A stretch of DNA of 64,000 bases from Octopus vulgaris (lineage: Eukaryota). This document shows positions 14,343 to 27,350 of the stretch, piece by piece. Position 1 is the stretch's first letter. Every line of letters starts with the position of its first letter. The stretch is from NCBI GenBank assembly GCA_951406725.2, contig OX597814.1:124186001-124250000 (forward strand). The letters run 5' to 3'. A program made the translations under genes and the position numbers. The notes beneath the pieces are model-generated. The model worked only from the letters and a program-made list of their open reading frames with translations, had not been told where the DNA came from and did no database searches.

Positions 14343-15130
14343 TGTGTGTGTGTGTGTGTATCTCTTTGTCTTGACACTGCTTGATAGTTGTTCATGAATA
14401 TTATTCAATTCTAATATTCTGCTGGAATGTGCCTGGCCATGGAGAAATATTACCTTGCTTGGAAACAGGTAAGGGTTGGTGATGGGAAAAGCATCCAGAT
14501 GTAGTAAATCTGCCTCAATAAACACCATCAGACTCATACAAGCATGTAAAAATGGACAGTCAAATGATGATGATAAATATTCTGGTACAGTTTTGAATCA
14601 CAGAACAAGAGATGGTCTCATGGGTTGGTGGTTTGGTATCATAATAGTCATAAACTTTAGGGCATTAATTTCAAATCATTCTATTATTTGTTTCAGTCAT
14701 TTTGACTGTGGCCCATGCTGGAGCACTGCTTTTAGTCGAGCAAATCAACCCCAGGACTTATTCTTTGTAAGCCTAGTACTTATTCTATCGGTCACTTATG
14801 CCGAACCGCTTAGATGTCAAGCGATGTTCACACACACACACACACATACGATGGGCTTCTTTCAGTTTCCGTCTACCAAATCCACTTACAAGGCTTTGGT
14901 CAGCTTGAGGCTATAGTAGAAGACACTTGCCCAAGGTGCCATGCAGTGGGACCGAACCTGGAACCATGTGGTTGGTTAGCAAGCTACTTACCACACAGCC
15001 ACTCCTGCACCTATAAAAATGTTTAATTGTGAAGGCAACGTTGTTTTCTATTCTGTTTTTTTTTTTTGCTTATCCTTTATCTATTCTGCTGTATAACCAT
15101 GGAACTGTTTCTTTTTCCCATTTTACACAG

Positions 15131-15163
15131 CAACTTCCTGATTATTACCAGATACTGTATCGG
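15131..15163 (+). CDS. BAIAP3: BAIAP3/Munc13-4-family protein, 33-nt micro-exon B
   Basis: ttttacacAG acceptor, GTAAGT donor at 15164, phase 0-0. Encodes QLPDYYQILYR, which joins exon C to give the MHD2 helix Y..L...L..L..FF. Confidence 0.75.
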
Positions 15164-17389
15164 GTAAGTAAAATTAATTCATCTTTTCTAATTCTTTAGT
15201 ATTTTTATTCTTTGTAGCGAAGGCCAGTTGGTCCCTGCTACGTTCAAATGCATGTATATATGGAGTCTACGCTACACCAGTCATTTTGTCAGAGACAAAA
15301 TAGATGATAAAAGAAAAATATATATGTAGTAAAGAGATGAAATTAGAAAGAACGGTTGGTCATTAAAGTAAAATGAAAGCTGGCACTGAACTATGGAAAG
15401 GAATTTGTGTTCTAAGTCAGGGTTACCAATTTGTAGGGACTGTGCAATAGTAGTGTCTTTAGTAGTCAGAGTGCTAGAATCATGATTGTAAGATTGTGGT
15501 TTCAATTTCTTGACCGAGTAGTTTATTGTGTTTTTGAGCAAAGCATTTCGTTTTCTGCTGTTCTAGTCCTCTCAGCTGACAAAAATGAGTAATCCTGCGA
15601 CAGACTGGTATCCATCCTGGCAGGGAGTATATACATCAGAGAGTCCAAGAAACTGGCCCTACGAGTCTATATGATTTGGGAAGGACCTTTATTTTTGGTA
15701 TTCATTTATTGATTTCAGTCATCAGATTGCAATCGTGATAGAGCTCCACTTTCAAGGATATAGATGATTATATCTGCCCCAGCACATGACTAGTAACTAA
15801 CGGTTAACCCTTTCATTACTGTATTTATTTTGAGATGCTCTGTGTTTCTGCCAATTACTTAAAATAAAACAAAGAATTTAGTAAAATAACTTAGTTGTCA
15901 TTCAGCTAGTGTTAGAAACATAAATTGTGACTGTTTGGTGGAAGATTTTAATTCAAAACTTATGAAAACAAGACATTTGTATTTAGAGCCAGAGCTGGTT
16001 TCAGCCAGGTTGGTTATGAAAGAAATAAGTTAGCTTAATTTGAACTCAGAATATAAAGAGCTGTAATCAAATACGACTAGGTATTTTGTTTGACGATCTA
16101 CTGATTCTTCCACCAACCACCATATACATCTTCCTAAAGTTTTTTTAGGTTTGCTACAAGACTTCTGAATCATTAATCTGGATATTATTCTGGTTTCCAT
16201 GCTGTATAAATAGCCTAAAGTGAAATATTTCCCACTGAATAGGGCACCACCCTATTCCAGGGTTAATTCTCAATTGTTGCTGGTACTACCTCTTAAACAG
16301 TAACCACAGCCCATTGCAGGGTTAACCATCAGTTGTTGCTGGTATTACTCATGGATGGTTCTCTGGCACATCACAGAGTTAACTCTTTTTCATACTCATT
16401 TTCAGTAGAATAGAATGAAGCTCAGGAGGTGAGCTGGCAGAAACGTTAGCATGCTGGGCGAAATGCTTAGCGGTATTTCATCTGCTGCTACATTCTGAGT
16501 TCAAATTCCGCCGAGGTCGACTTTGCCTTTTATCCTTTCGGGGTCGATTAAATAAGTACCAGTTATGCACTGGGGTCAATATAATCGACTTAATCCCTTT
16601 GTCTGTCCTTGTTTGTCCTCTCTGTGTTTAACCCCTTGTGGGTAGTAAAGAAATAGGTATTTCGTCTGGCGCTACGTTTTGAGTTCAAATTCCGAGGTCA
16701 ACTTTGCCTTTCATCCTTTCAGGGTCGATAAATTAAGTACCAGTTACGCACTGGAATCAATGTAATCGACTCAATCCCTTTATCTGTCCTTGTTTGTCCC
16801 CTCTATGTTTAGCCCCTTGTGGGTAATAAAGAAATAAGAATAGACTGAAGTAACATTGAATACATCTGGGGATTGAAACCATGTCCTTATGACTGTCAGT
16901 TCCATACTCTAGCCACTGGGCCATACACCTCTATATTTCTAAAGTATAATTGTGGATATAATGTAGTTGATTCCATTTTGTCTTTACATTAACTTCATTT
17001 GTCAACAAATTTACCATTTGTTTACTATTTTAGTGGCGCCTCTCCCAAAGCCATTTCCTTAGTGATGGGCTTTCCATGTACAAATGTATGTGAACGTGTT
17101 ATATACAAATGTAGAAACTTATATTTCAATCAATGGTTCTTTGTGCACTTTTATCTAACACATCCACTCCCACACATATATATGCAAACCAACCCATGCC
17201 AGCATGGGAAATGGATATTAAATGATAATAACAATGATAATATATAGGAAAGCATAAGAAGAAGCTTTATACTTGAATACTGGTACAAATTATTGATATT
17301 TACAGAAAATCACTTACATGTTTGTTTAAAAGAACTATGGAATGCCAAACTGACGTAAGAAATTGGCTTTCTTGGCTTTCTCTAATACT

Positions 17390-18480
17390 AACAAATCTTG
17401 TAGCCAAGTTTGGAAACACCCACTTGGCACAAAACTGTAGACCTATTACTTGTCTAAACATTATGTAATATGTTGTAGATAAGTTGTTCAAATCAATTCC
17501 TTCTAAGACATTGCCAGAGCAACAAAATGAAAAGACGGGTGGGAAGAAGAAGATATGGGTGTATGTGATGAAGAATATCTAGTCAAAGCCATGCTGATTA
17601 TGGCTTCATTAGAGGAAGATTTTTGCTATTATTCTCTGCTACTGGTTGTTGGAATCATTACATTTGGTAAAAGTACCTGCTACCACTGATAGGCTTACAC
17701 AGGACCTGGTCAACAATCTTCAGACTTTTAACTAAAAAGTGGGGGCAATTGTTTCTGATGTTGCAAATCTTTCTTTGGAATATTCCAAGTTGACATTTTC
17801 CCTGTGCCACTGCTTATTTTGGTAATAAATTCATGATCATTTCTTTTTTTTTTGGGATAATATTCTAAGCTTTACAACAGCAAGAAGCACAATGCATCCA
17901 AGATTTCTTTGTTGACAATCTTAAGATCTTTTCTGGAAATATTTACAATGAAGAGAAACACTGAACTCTATAACAATGAATTCAGTTGATATGGGGATGG
18001 GATTTAGCCAACAGAAATGTTTATACTGAATGGTTGAATGTGGCAAAATTACTTCTAAAATCAATAACCTTTCTAGCAATTGTCTTTCTGTTGCTCATGT
18101 TCCATACGACACGGGTTGCAAATACCAAGATATTGACAAAGAGGTATCATATAAAGCACAGAACCAAGTTAGAATTGCAAAAGGATATTTTACACCAGAC
18201 CTAAGAAATATGGGAGTCAGGGTTTTATTCTCACAACAAAATAATATTTCTCAATGAATTTGTAGTATTAGCATTGGGATATATAGCTTGTCTATCACAG
18301 AGATCCACTCTATGGATATTAAAACCTGGAAGAACCTGATACCTATTGGAAGTCTTGATAGAAATATATTCACAGGTTCTGTCTCAGAAGAAAAGAAATG
18401 GCAAAAGGTTTAAGATCATTTCAAACAGCCTTTGAATTCTGTATGGTATCACTTGGACAGCATCTGCTTAACAACAACAG
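17390..18480 (+). mobile_element. Highly decayed non-LTR RT fragment(s), Dong/R4-like
   Basis: NCRPITCLNIM at ~17432 resembles the NYRPITCL motif. The rest is purine-rich decayed coding-like sequence; boundaries are approximate. Confidence 0.4.
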
Positions 18481-20642
18481 CAAAAACATATATCTTAATT
18501 ATGTGTTCAAAAGTGAAGAGAATAACATTTCATCGACTGAAATTGAATTTTTAATAAGTGTTCAGTGACCCAGAACTGCTGGACTAGCATACCCATACCC
18601 CATCAAAACATGGGGGAGAAGCACCCTGCATATGCTACCAACAAAAGATTATGCATGGGTATGCATGCCATACACTGAAAGATAATGCTAATATTGGTTT
18701 CAAATTTTGGCACAAGGCCGGCAATTTGAGGGGAGGATGTAAGTCAATAACATTGAGCCCAGTGTTTAACTGGTATTTGTTTTATCGACCCTGGAAAGGT
18801 GAAAAATAAAGTTGACCTCAGTGGAATTTAAACTGAGAACATGGACACAGAGGAAATATTGTTAAACCTGTAGAATAGACTCTATAAATACATGCATTCG
18901 AATGTAGCAGAGACCAACTGGCCTCACATCATCATCTCCCTATTTCTCATCTTTATAGTTTTCTTGCAATGCTGGTACCACATAAAAAGCACCCATGCCA
19001 GTTCTGTGTATAATCTACCTGTGCTGGTACCACATATAAAGCATCCATGCCAGTTCTGTGTATAATGTACCAGTGCTGGTACCACATAAAACGCACCCAT
19101 GTTGGTGCCATGTAGAAAGCACCTGTGCCAGTGTTGCTTAAAAGTATCTGTGCTGGTGCAAATGTAAAAAGCACTGATGCTGATGTTATGTAAAAAGCAT
19201 CCAGAAAATATAAGACAGGTGTGGCTGTGTAGTAAGTAGCTTGCTTACCGGCCACATGGTTCCATGTTCAGTCCCACTGTGTGGCACCTTAGGCATGTGT
19301 CTTCTACTATAGCCTTGGGCCGACCAAAGCCTTGTGGGTGGATTTGGTATGTATGTGTATGTCTGTGTTTGTCCCCCCCCCCCAACATCGCTTGACAACC
19401 GATGCTGGTGTGTTTACGTCCCCGTAACTTAGTGGTTTAGCAAAAGAGACCGATAGAATAAGTACTAGGCTTACAAAGAATAAGTCTTGGGGTCGATTTG
19501 CTCAACTAATGGCGGTGCTTCAGCATGGCCGCAGTCAAATGACTGAAACAAGTAAAAGAGTAAAAGAGTAAAGAGTAAAGAGAGTACACTCTACAAAGTG
19601 GTTGACATTAGGAAGGGCATCCAGTCATGGAAGCCATACCTAAGCAGACAATTGGAGCCTGGACAGCTCTTTGGCTGGCCAAGTCCTGTCAAACCGTCCA
19701 ACCACTTGCCAGCATGGAAAACAGATATTAAATGATGATGATGATGATGATCTGCCCTAACCGTTTTGTTTTGCTATTTATCACTTCCTCTTCCCCGACT
19801 CACTCCTATTTCCTTCACCTCCCCACCAAACTGATATTTACCATTGGCCAAACCCGCACCTTACCTGGTTGCAATCTTTACTGCATCACCTATATCGCCA
19901 TCACTAACCACCAGTTGCCCATCTCACACTTTCACAAACCTACCTGCTCCTCTGTGTCTATCCACCCCACTCACCTGTTCTTTCAGTTTCTTTTTTTCAA
20001 ATCCACTCGCAGGGTTAACCTAGGTCTATAGTAGAAGACAATTGTCCAGGGTGCTGTGCAGTGGGACTGAACCTGAAGGCATATCGTTAGAAAGCAAACT
20101 TCTTACTTATGCTGCAGCCATGCTTGTGTACACTCACTCACACTCACATACACACACACTGCGCGTGCGCGCTTGCACATATATATTCATATATTCTCAT
20201 ATAAAACTAATTAATTTATATGTTGTGCGGTGTGTTTTATATAAAGGAAAATCTGTTCTTTAAGATACATTGTCTTTCAAACCATCCTCTTAATATATTT
20301 AAAAAAATATACTTTAATACTTTCTGTGTTTATGTCTTATATTTTCTTCTACTTTATTAACAAAATGTATAAACATTGTCCATTGTGTTCACATTTAAAG
20401 AGATCATTATTCATTATTAAGACTTGGTGTTAAAATTTATGTCTATATCCTTCTGTCTTTTCTTGTTTTAAATATACATATATATTGATTGTTAGTCTTG
20501 TCTGGAGATTTTTAAATTTCACTTCAAAATTTGCATACATTTCACTTCAAAAACATTTGACATATATGTTTCTGACATTATTGTTTGTTTGTTTCTTGTT
20601 ATTTTTTTTCTCGATACACATTCCCCCTTTGTGATTCTGAAG

Positions 20643-20798
20643 CATCTCCGCACACTTCGCATCTTCTTCCTGAGTCACAGAGAACAATTAAATGTGCATT
20701 GTGATGTTAGCCGACACATTGAGGAGCGCTTAACTCTTAACAGTGAGACCACACAAGAACTGATGCTACAGTATTTATCCAAACTCTGCCAAGATCTG
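20643..20798 (+). CDS. BAIAP3: BAIAP3/Munc13-4-family protein, exon C (end of MHD2)
   Basis: AG at 20641-42 after a pyrimidine-rich stretch, GTATGT donor at 20799. 156 nt, phase 0-0. Encodes HLRTLRIFFLSHREQLNVHCDVSRHIEERLTLNSETTQELMLQYLSKLCQDL, matching the MHD2 end motif L.L...T.EL...Y. Confidence 0.82.
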
Positions 20799-21246
20799 GT
20801 ATGTATTTCTTCATACATCTTTTATCTTTTACTTCAACCATTGGACTGCAGCCATACTGGAGAACTACCTTAAAAAGTAAACCTTACTGTGGTACATGCC
20901 ATGAGAGAAACTCTCATATTTTAAGGCAGCAAGCTGGCAGAATCATTAGCATGCTGGGCAAAATACTTAGCGGTATTTCGTCTGCCGTTACGTTCTGAGT
21001 TCAAATTCCGCCTAGGTCAACTTTGCCTTTCAACCTTTCGGGGGTCAATAAATTAAGTACCAGTTACGCACTGAGGTCGATGTAATCAACTTAATCCCTT
21101 TGTTTGTCCTTGTTTGTCCCCTCTATGTTTAGCCCCTTGTGGCCAGTAAAGAAATAAGAAACTCTCATATTGGCTTTTGGTACAAAATGCACTCTTGTTT
21201 ATATCACTAGCAGGAAGATAAATCCCCACCACCTCCAACGTCAAGA

Positions 21247-21293
21247 CCACCAGATCATGTGATTTCGACCTTGTTTGGTCTTGTCAATGGTGG
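21247..21293 (-). ncRNA. Type I hammerhead ribozyme, U3-A8 core variant
   Basis: Minus strand reads ccacca UUGACAA gacc-aaacaa-gguc GAAA ucacaugau C uggugg. Stem I 6 bp, stem II 4 bp, near-palindromic stem III, AUC cleavage triplet. Confidence 0.72.
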
Positions 21294-22333
21294 ATACTTG
21301 ACTGCTAGAGATAGCTGCGACTCATCTCCCCACCAGCAATATGTAGAAAATCAGTGCCAGAACTGGCACTGGTGTTGTGATTAGCTTGTTAAAAAATATA
21401 TATTAGTGACATAGGCAGTATTAACACTGAGAGGTAGTATTTATCTCCCCTTAAATGTAGATGTTTTTTTTTAGAACAAACTTTAATGTTTTCCTAAGGC
21501 AACTTCTGCTGTAAGGGTTGTTCTAATAGAATGTTCATGTTTAAGTGGGAATAAATATTACCTCTTGGTACTAAAGTTTGTTTCCCTGTGTCTTTGTTCA
21601 AATCAAGTACTCATTCTATTAGTTTGTTTTTGCTGAACTGCTAAATTACAGGGACATAAACAAACCAACACCTGTTGTCAAGTGGTTGGAGAGGGGCAAC
21701 AAATACAGACACAAAGACACTTGCATAGGCATATATATATTCCATCTGCTTCTACAACTCTCTCTCTTCTCTTCTCCTTCCTTAATTCTTTTGTTCCTCT
21801 TTTTCTCTCTCTTCTCTTTCCACATGACCAAGAGGCCAGACTGCTTGTCCTCTTTTTGCATCTGACCATGGTCACTGCTACATCAATATTCTTCCCTGTG
21901 TTTGTGCAAGTATCTCTGCCGTAAGGCTTCATTTCCACACATGCCAGCTGAATTCAGTTCGTCCCCAGTCGAAAGACACCTGTTGTTATGTCCTGTTATT
22001 ATTATTATTATTATTATTATTTTTATTGTATTTTTGTATTTATATTCGTGTAACATCGTCTGTTTTTCCATCCTTGTTTACATATACATTCGATGCTTTT
22101 TTCCAAGGAATCTAATGCTCTTAGCTTAGTCTTTCCTTGGGGCTGGCCAAATTGGAGCAATCTCAAGATTAATCAGCCGAAATTACGAGGATGATCCGGT
22201 TCTTGACTGAGGATAAGAAGTTTTGAATATCGTCTATCTGGATATTTTTTGTCCCTTTTTTTATCACCTAGTTGTCTGATGTTTTGCGTTCTTGTCCCAT
22301 TTTGTATTTTATATATATGTGTGTGTGTGTGTG

Positions 22334-22585
22334 GAGGTGCATGGCTTAGTGGTTAGGGTGTCAGCATCATGATCGTAAGATTGTGGTTTCAATTCCTGGA
22401 CCGGGCGACGTGTTGTGTTCTTGAGCAAAGCACTTCATTTCACATTGCTCCAGTCCACTCAGCTGGTAAAAACGAGTAACGCTGTGATGGACTGGTGTCC
22501 CGTCCAGCTGGGGAACACATACAGCTTTGAAACTGGGAAACCGGGCCCATGAGCCTGGCTAGGCTTTAAGAGGACGCATTATTTT
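22334..22585 (+). mobile_element. tRNA-head SINE family D, representative copy (others at ~5600 -, 13465, 15455, 44420, 57447, 60420)
   Basis: GCATGGCTTAGTGGTTAG..GGTTTCAATTCC head, then TTCTTGAGCAA..CACTT.ATTTCACATTGCTCCAGTCCACTCAGCTG core. Confidence 0.75.
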
Positions 22586-22932
22586 TATATATATATATAT
22601 ATATATCATCATCATCATCATTCAGCGTCCGCTTTCCATGCTAGCATGGGTTGGACGGTCCAACTGGGGTCTGGGAAGCCAGAAGGCTGCACCAGGCCCA
22701 GTCCGATCTGGCAATGCTTCTACGGCTGGATATATATATAATATATATATATTTAAAATATATATATATATATATATCATCATCATCATCATCGCTTAAC
22801 GTCTGCTTTCCATGCTAGCATGGGTTGGACGGTTCAACTGGGGTCCGGGAAGCTCGAAGGCTGCACCAGGCCAATCAGATCTGGCAGTGTTTCTACAGCT
22901 GGATGCCCTTCCTAATGCCAACCACTCCGAGA

Positions 22933-22971
<39 letters not shown>

Positions 22972-23223
22972 GATGAATAAAAGTCAATGGATTGATTGAC
23001 AGATGTTCAATCCATTCTTCTGTTATTCATCTCTTTGTATAAAGTCTACAGATACAATGGAATTCCAGATATATATCCAGTGATTGGAGTATTCCCACAG
23101 TTTGATAACATCCAGTAGCCAATACCTGTGGACAAGTTTTGTATTGCATACTATAAAGTTTTTACCTGAATTTTATTCAGATATATGTGTGCATATGTGT
23201 GTGCAGAAGTGCGTATGTGTGTA

Positions 23224-23287
<64 letters not shown>

Positions 23288-24627
23288 TCTATGTGTGGCT
23301 TTTGGAGTTTCCATCAACCAGATTCACTCACAAAGCACTGGTTGGTCTGGGGTCATAGAAGAAGACTCTTGCCTAATGTGCTATGCAGTAGAACTGAACC
23401 CAGAACTACAGGGTTAAAAAGCAAGCTTTGTGACCACTCAGCCATCCCTGCCATCATCATACATCTTTTTCCCAGTATCATTTTGAAGATATTTTTTCAG
23501 GTAGGTAGATGTCCATTATCACACCAGGCCTCCAACCCTGGTGAGATCGATATGAGCGAGCTGGCAGAAACGTTAGCACACTGGGTGAAATACTTAGTGG
23601 TATTTCATCTGTCTTTAAGTTCTGAGTTCAAATTCTGCCAAGGTTGACTTTGCCTTTCATCCTTTTGGGGTCGATAAATCAAGTACCAGTTACGCATTGG
23701 GGTCGATTGAATTGACTGCCTCTCTCCTCCCCCAAAATTTCGGGCCTTGTACCTAGAGTAGAAAAGGATATGGGTGATGTTCACTGCAAACATCAATGTG
23801 GAAAACCCTGGCTTGGGAGAGAAGACAGGGTGAATCTTTTCTAAATGCTTGCAAAAGAATAAACTGCACCAAAAGTACCACCAGACCTTGATGGGTAGAT
23901 GGAGGTTTATTAAACTAGGTAAAGTGTTAGGCCTACCATCCAAAAGCATTCTTTATATATGTTGCTCAGATCTTTATTCAATCAAAACAAAACCATTGTA
24001 GTTCTGGCCATGCTGTAGCACCATCACTTATAATTCATATGTGATATAACAGCATGTTTGGGAAGTGATTTACAAGTGAATTACTCAAGACTTTTATTCT
24101 GAAAATAAAGACTATAGAAAGATTGATGGCCTTCGATATATGAGGGAAATATTTTCAGGTGTTGTTTAAATACTTCAAAAAGAAACATTTATTAAGCAGT
24201 TAAGTATTCTAGGTAAACAAGTCCATGTTTGTGCAGCTAATTAAAAGGAAACATTATTGTAATGCAATGTCTTTTAGGAAGACAATTTTAGGTAGACATT
24301 TAAGAGTCTACTAAGGAGTTGACATTCAAATTTTGAAGTTATTTCTGTCCATTCAGATATCTTTTTAATCTCTCTTGTATTCTTGAGTAGAAATTTCTGC
24401 AATTTTTGTAGCATATATGTTTTTTATGCAGTTAGTATTCTAGAATTGATAGCAATAATGTGTGTATATGAGTATAAAGGCATGTGTGTGTGTGTGCGTC
24501 TGTGTGTGTGTTTTGGTCTTACCTTTACAAAACAGTAAACTGTATGTATGTATGTACCCATCCATCCATCCATCCGTCCATCCGTCCGTCCGTCCATCCG
24601 TCCGTCCATCTGTCCATCTATCCATCC

Positions 24628-24697
<70 letters not shown>

Positions 24698-25315
24698 GGA
24701 ACTTCATGCTGTGCTTGAGAAGACCCAGCAAGCCAAGTGAGACCATAACCCATGGCCTATGCCAGTGATGTAACCAGCCTACTTATGTGTACCTTTCTTT
24801 CGTTGGACACTAAACTTTGCTTGTGAAGACCTGTTGAGGCAAGTGAAATCACAATCAAAATCAAATTCGCTGACATGGCCGATGACAGCACTGCCTGACT
24901 GGCACCTGTGCCCGTGGAACGTTAAAGCACCATCTGAGTGTGACCGTTGCAGGGCCGCTGACTGGCTTCCATGCTGGTGGCACATAAAAAGCACTATTCG
25001 AGCGTGATCGTTACCAGCATCGCCTTACTGGCATTTGTGCTGGTGGCACATGAAAAACATCATTCAAGTGAGGTCATTGCCAGTGCCACTGGACTGGCTC
25101 CTGTGCAGGTGGCACATAAAAAACACCATTTGAGCATGGCTGTCGCCAGTACCACCTGACTGGCCCACGTGCCGGTGGCATGTAAAAGCACCCACTACAC
25201 TCTCAGAGTGGTTGGTGTTAGGAAGGGCATCCAGCTGTAGAAACTCTGCCAGATCAGATTGGAGCCTGGTGCAGCCGTCTGGCTTGCCAGTCCACACATA
25301 CACACACACACGCCT

Positions 25316-25347
<32 letters not shown>

Positions 25348-26671
25348 CATTGTTTAATGTCCACCTTCCATGCTAGTATGGTTGGGATGGTTTCACAAGC
25401 CTGTACCAGACTTCTGTGACTGTTTTGGCAGGTTTTTTACAGCTGGATGCCCTTCCTAACACCAACCACTCAGCAGCATGGACTTAGTGCTTTTTTCATG
25501 ACATAAGTACAGAAGAAGTGAATTGTGCTTTTTACGTGGCACAAGAGGAGGATTTGTAGGAGCTGATCTTGTGTTGGATGATGAAAAGGTTATAGTGAGA
25601 CAGATACAGGTGTCTTGCTGTAGAGGAAGTACAAGGTTACCCGGCCAGAGAGAGAAAGACCAGGAATGAAGACAGAAAGGAAATACTGCAAAAGAAATAC
25701 ACGGTTGCCCTACCTGAGTGAAGTGCAGGAGAAGGAGAGAGAGTGGGAGACAACAGGATAGAGATAGTGGCAAAATGCCAGACATACTCACAAGGGACAG
25801 GGATCAGAATATAAATGAGATGGTTGAGTAAAGGAAGAGAGAGATATAGGTAGTGGCAAGTACCAGGGCATACTCTTGAGGTTCAAACGTCATAATATAA
25901 GTGGCAGGATTTTGTGAAGGGAGTGTCATTAAAGAGTGTGATAAGTGGCAAAAGACCTGGGTATATAAAGAGTTGGAGGGGCTACTGGATAGCAATGATA
26001 CAGAGGAACAGGGGTGTGAGGACAGGATTGGGGAGTGAGAGCTAGGCATAGTGTATGAAGGAGTTACGTGTGGGTGGAACACACAGATTAGGGGCTAGCT
26101 GATAGATGATAGAGTGAGGCATGTGGGTAGAACACACAACTTGGGGGCAAGCGGAGAGAAATGAATGATATAGTGGTACTGGGCGAAGAGGATAGGATTG
26201 GGGAGTGGGAGTTAATCAAAGTACATGAAGCAGAAGTGTGAGGAAGAGAAGAGATGTAAAGATGTAATTTGGTGTGCTGTGGTAGAGTGTGTGAAAAGTT
26301 TTGTTGTTAAGTGTGGGTGGGACACACAGCACTTCTAGAACACAGTTTCACTGATGCGGGCAGGTCTTCTAAAGAACTTCATATCACCAGACATCTTGGT
26401 CGATTGTCATTTCTTCTGTGAGGCCCAACTTACTGAGATTAGTCCTAACCATATGTATATATATATATATTTATGAGTTTAGAGGAATATATTATCCAGG
26501 CAGATACTGTGGTGGCTCTGAGTTATGTTCCAGGTTACCGCTAACTACATTGAGTAGTGTTTACAGTCTATGACTGCTATTAGTTGTCATTCATGCTGTA
26601 AATTCTTCCAATGGGTAATTCTATGTTTGCTTCTCTGCATGGTAATACAATCTGGAGTGTGTATTAGTAAT

Positions 26672-27346
26672 AATAGAAATATTAATATTTCTAAGTCTCT
26701 CTAAAGGAGACTATGGCAGCGGTACTGGATATTAATAGTTATTGCCAAGCTAACATGGCAATCCAGAAAAATAGGACGAATGCTGCCATTGATTAGCTCC
26801 AAGAGGCCATCACCTCTACTTAGCTATGTGACACATGAACCTGTGTCCATTATAACCTTCGAACAGGGGAGGTCAGCTGCTTCCTCTTGCTGGTCTGGCA
26901 TCTACAGACTAGTTTGGGGGTATTTACCCCTTATCAATGTAGAACATCCGAACCCAGCAGGCATCGCTACTGACCATCTGTTTGAAGGATCATTTACGTA
27001 AAATTCAATGAGAGACACTTAGAAATATTAGTATTTCTATTTTTGAAAACCAGTGGATGTATTCCACTGAATTTTAGGTAAATAATCATTTGAGCAGATG
27101 GTCAGTAGTGATGCCAGCTGGGTTCGGCTACTCTACATTGATAAGGGGCAAATACCCTGAAACTAGTCTGTAGATGCCAGACCAGCAAAGGGAAGCAGCT
27201 GACCTCCCCTGTTCGAAGGTTATACTGGACACAGGTCCGTGTGTCACATAGCTAGCTAGAGGTGATGGCCTCTTGGAGCTAATCAACAGCAGCATTCATC
27301 CTATTTTTCTGGACTGCCATGTTAGCTTGGCAATAACTATTAATAT
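26672..27346. mobile_element. Inverted pair of ~360-nt hammerhead-containing retrozyme/pLTR-like units
   Basis: Arms ~26729-27010 and ~27065-27346 are reverse complements, each with one HHR. The terminal motif GAGAGAC..TTAGAAATATTA.TATTTCTATT occurs at 26672-26702 (-) and 27010-27042 (+). Confidence 0.75.
27132..27174 (+). ncRNA. Type I minimal hammerhead ribozyme, U3-A8 core variant
   Basis: Reads ucuaca UUGAUAA gggg-caaaua-cccu GAAA cuagu C uguaga. Stem I 6 bp, palindromic stem III ACUAGU, GUC site at 27168. The inverted sister copy at 26901-26943 has G12 changed to C. Confidence 0.72.
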
Positions 27347-27350
27347 TAGT

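Noticed and set aside
22190-22245. Possible hammerhead (CTGAGGA...GAAT) in a repeat at ~21950-22310
   Set aside because: GAAA is missing and the stems are not convincing.
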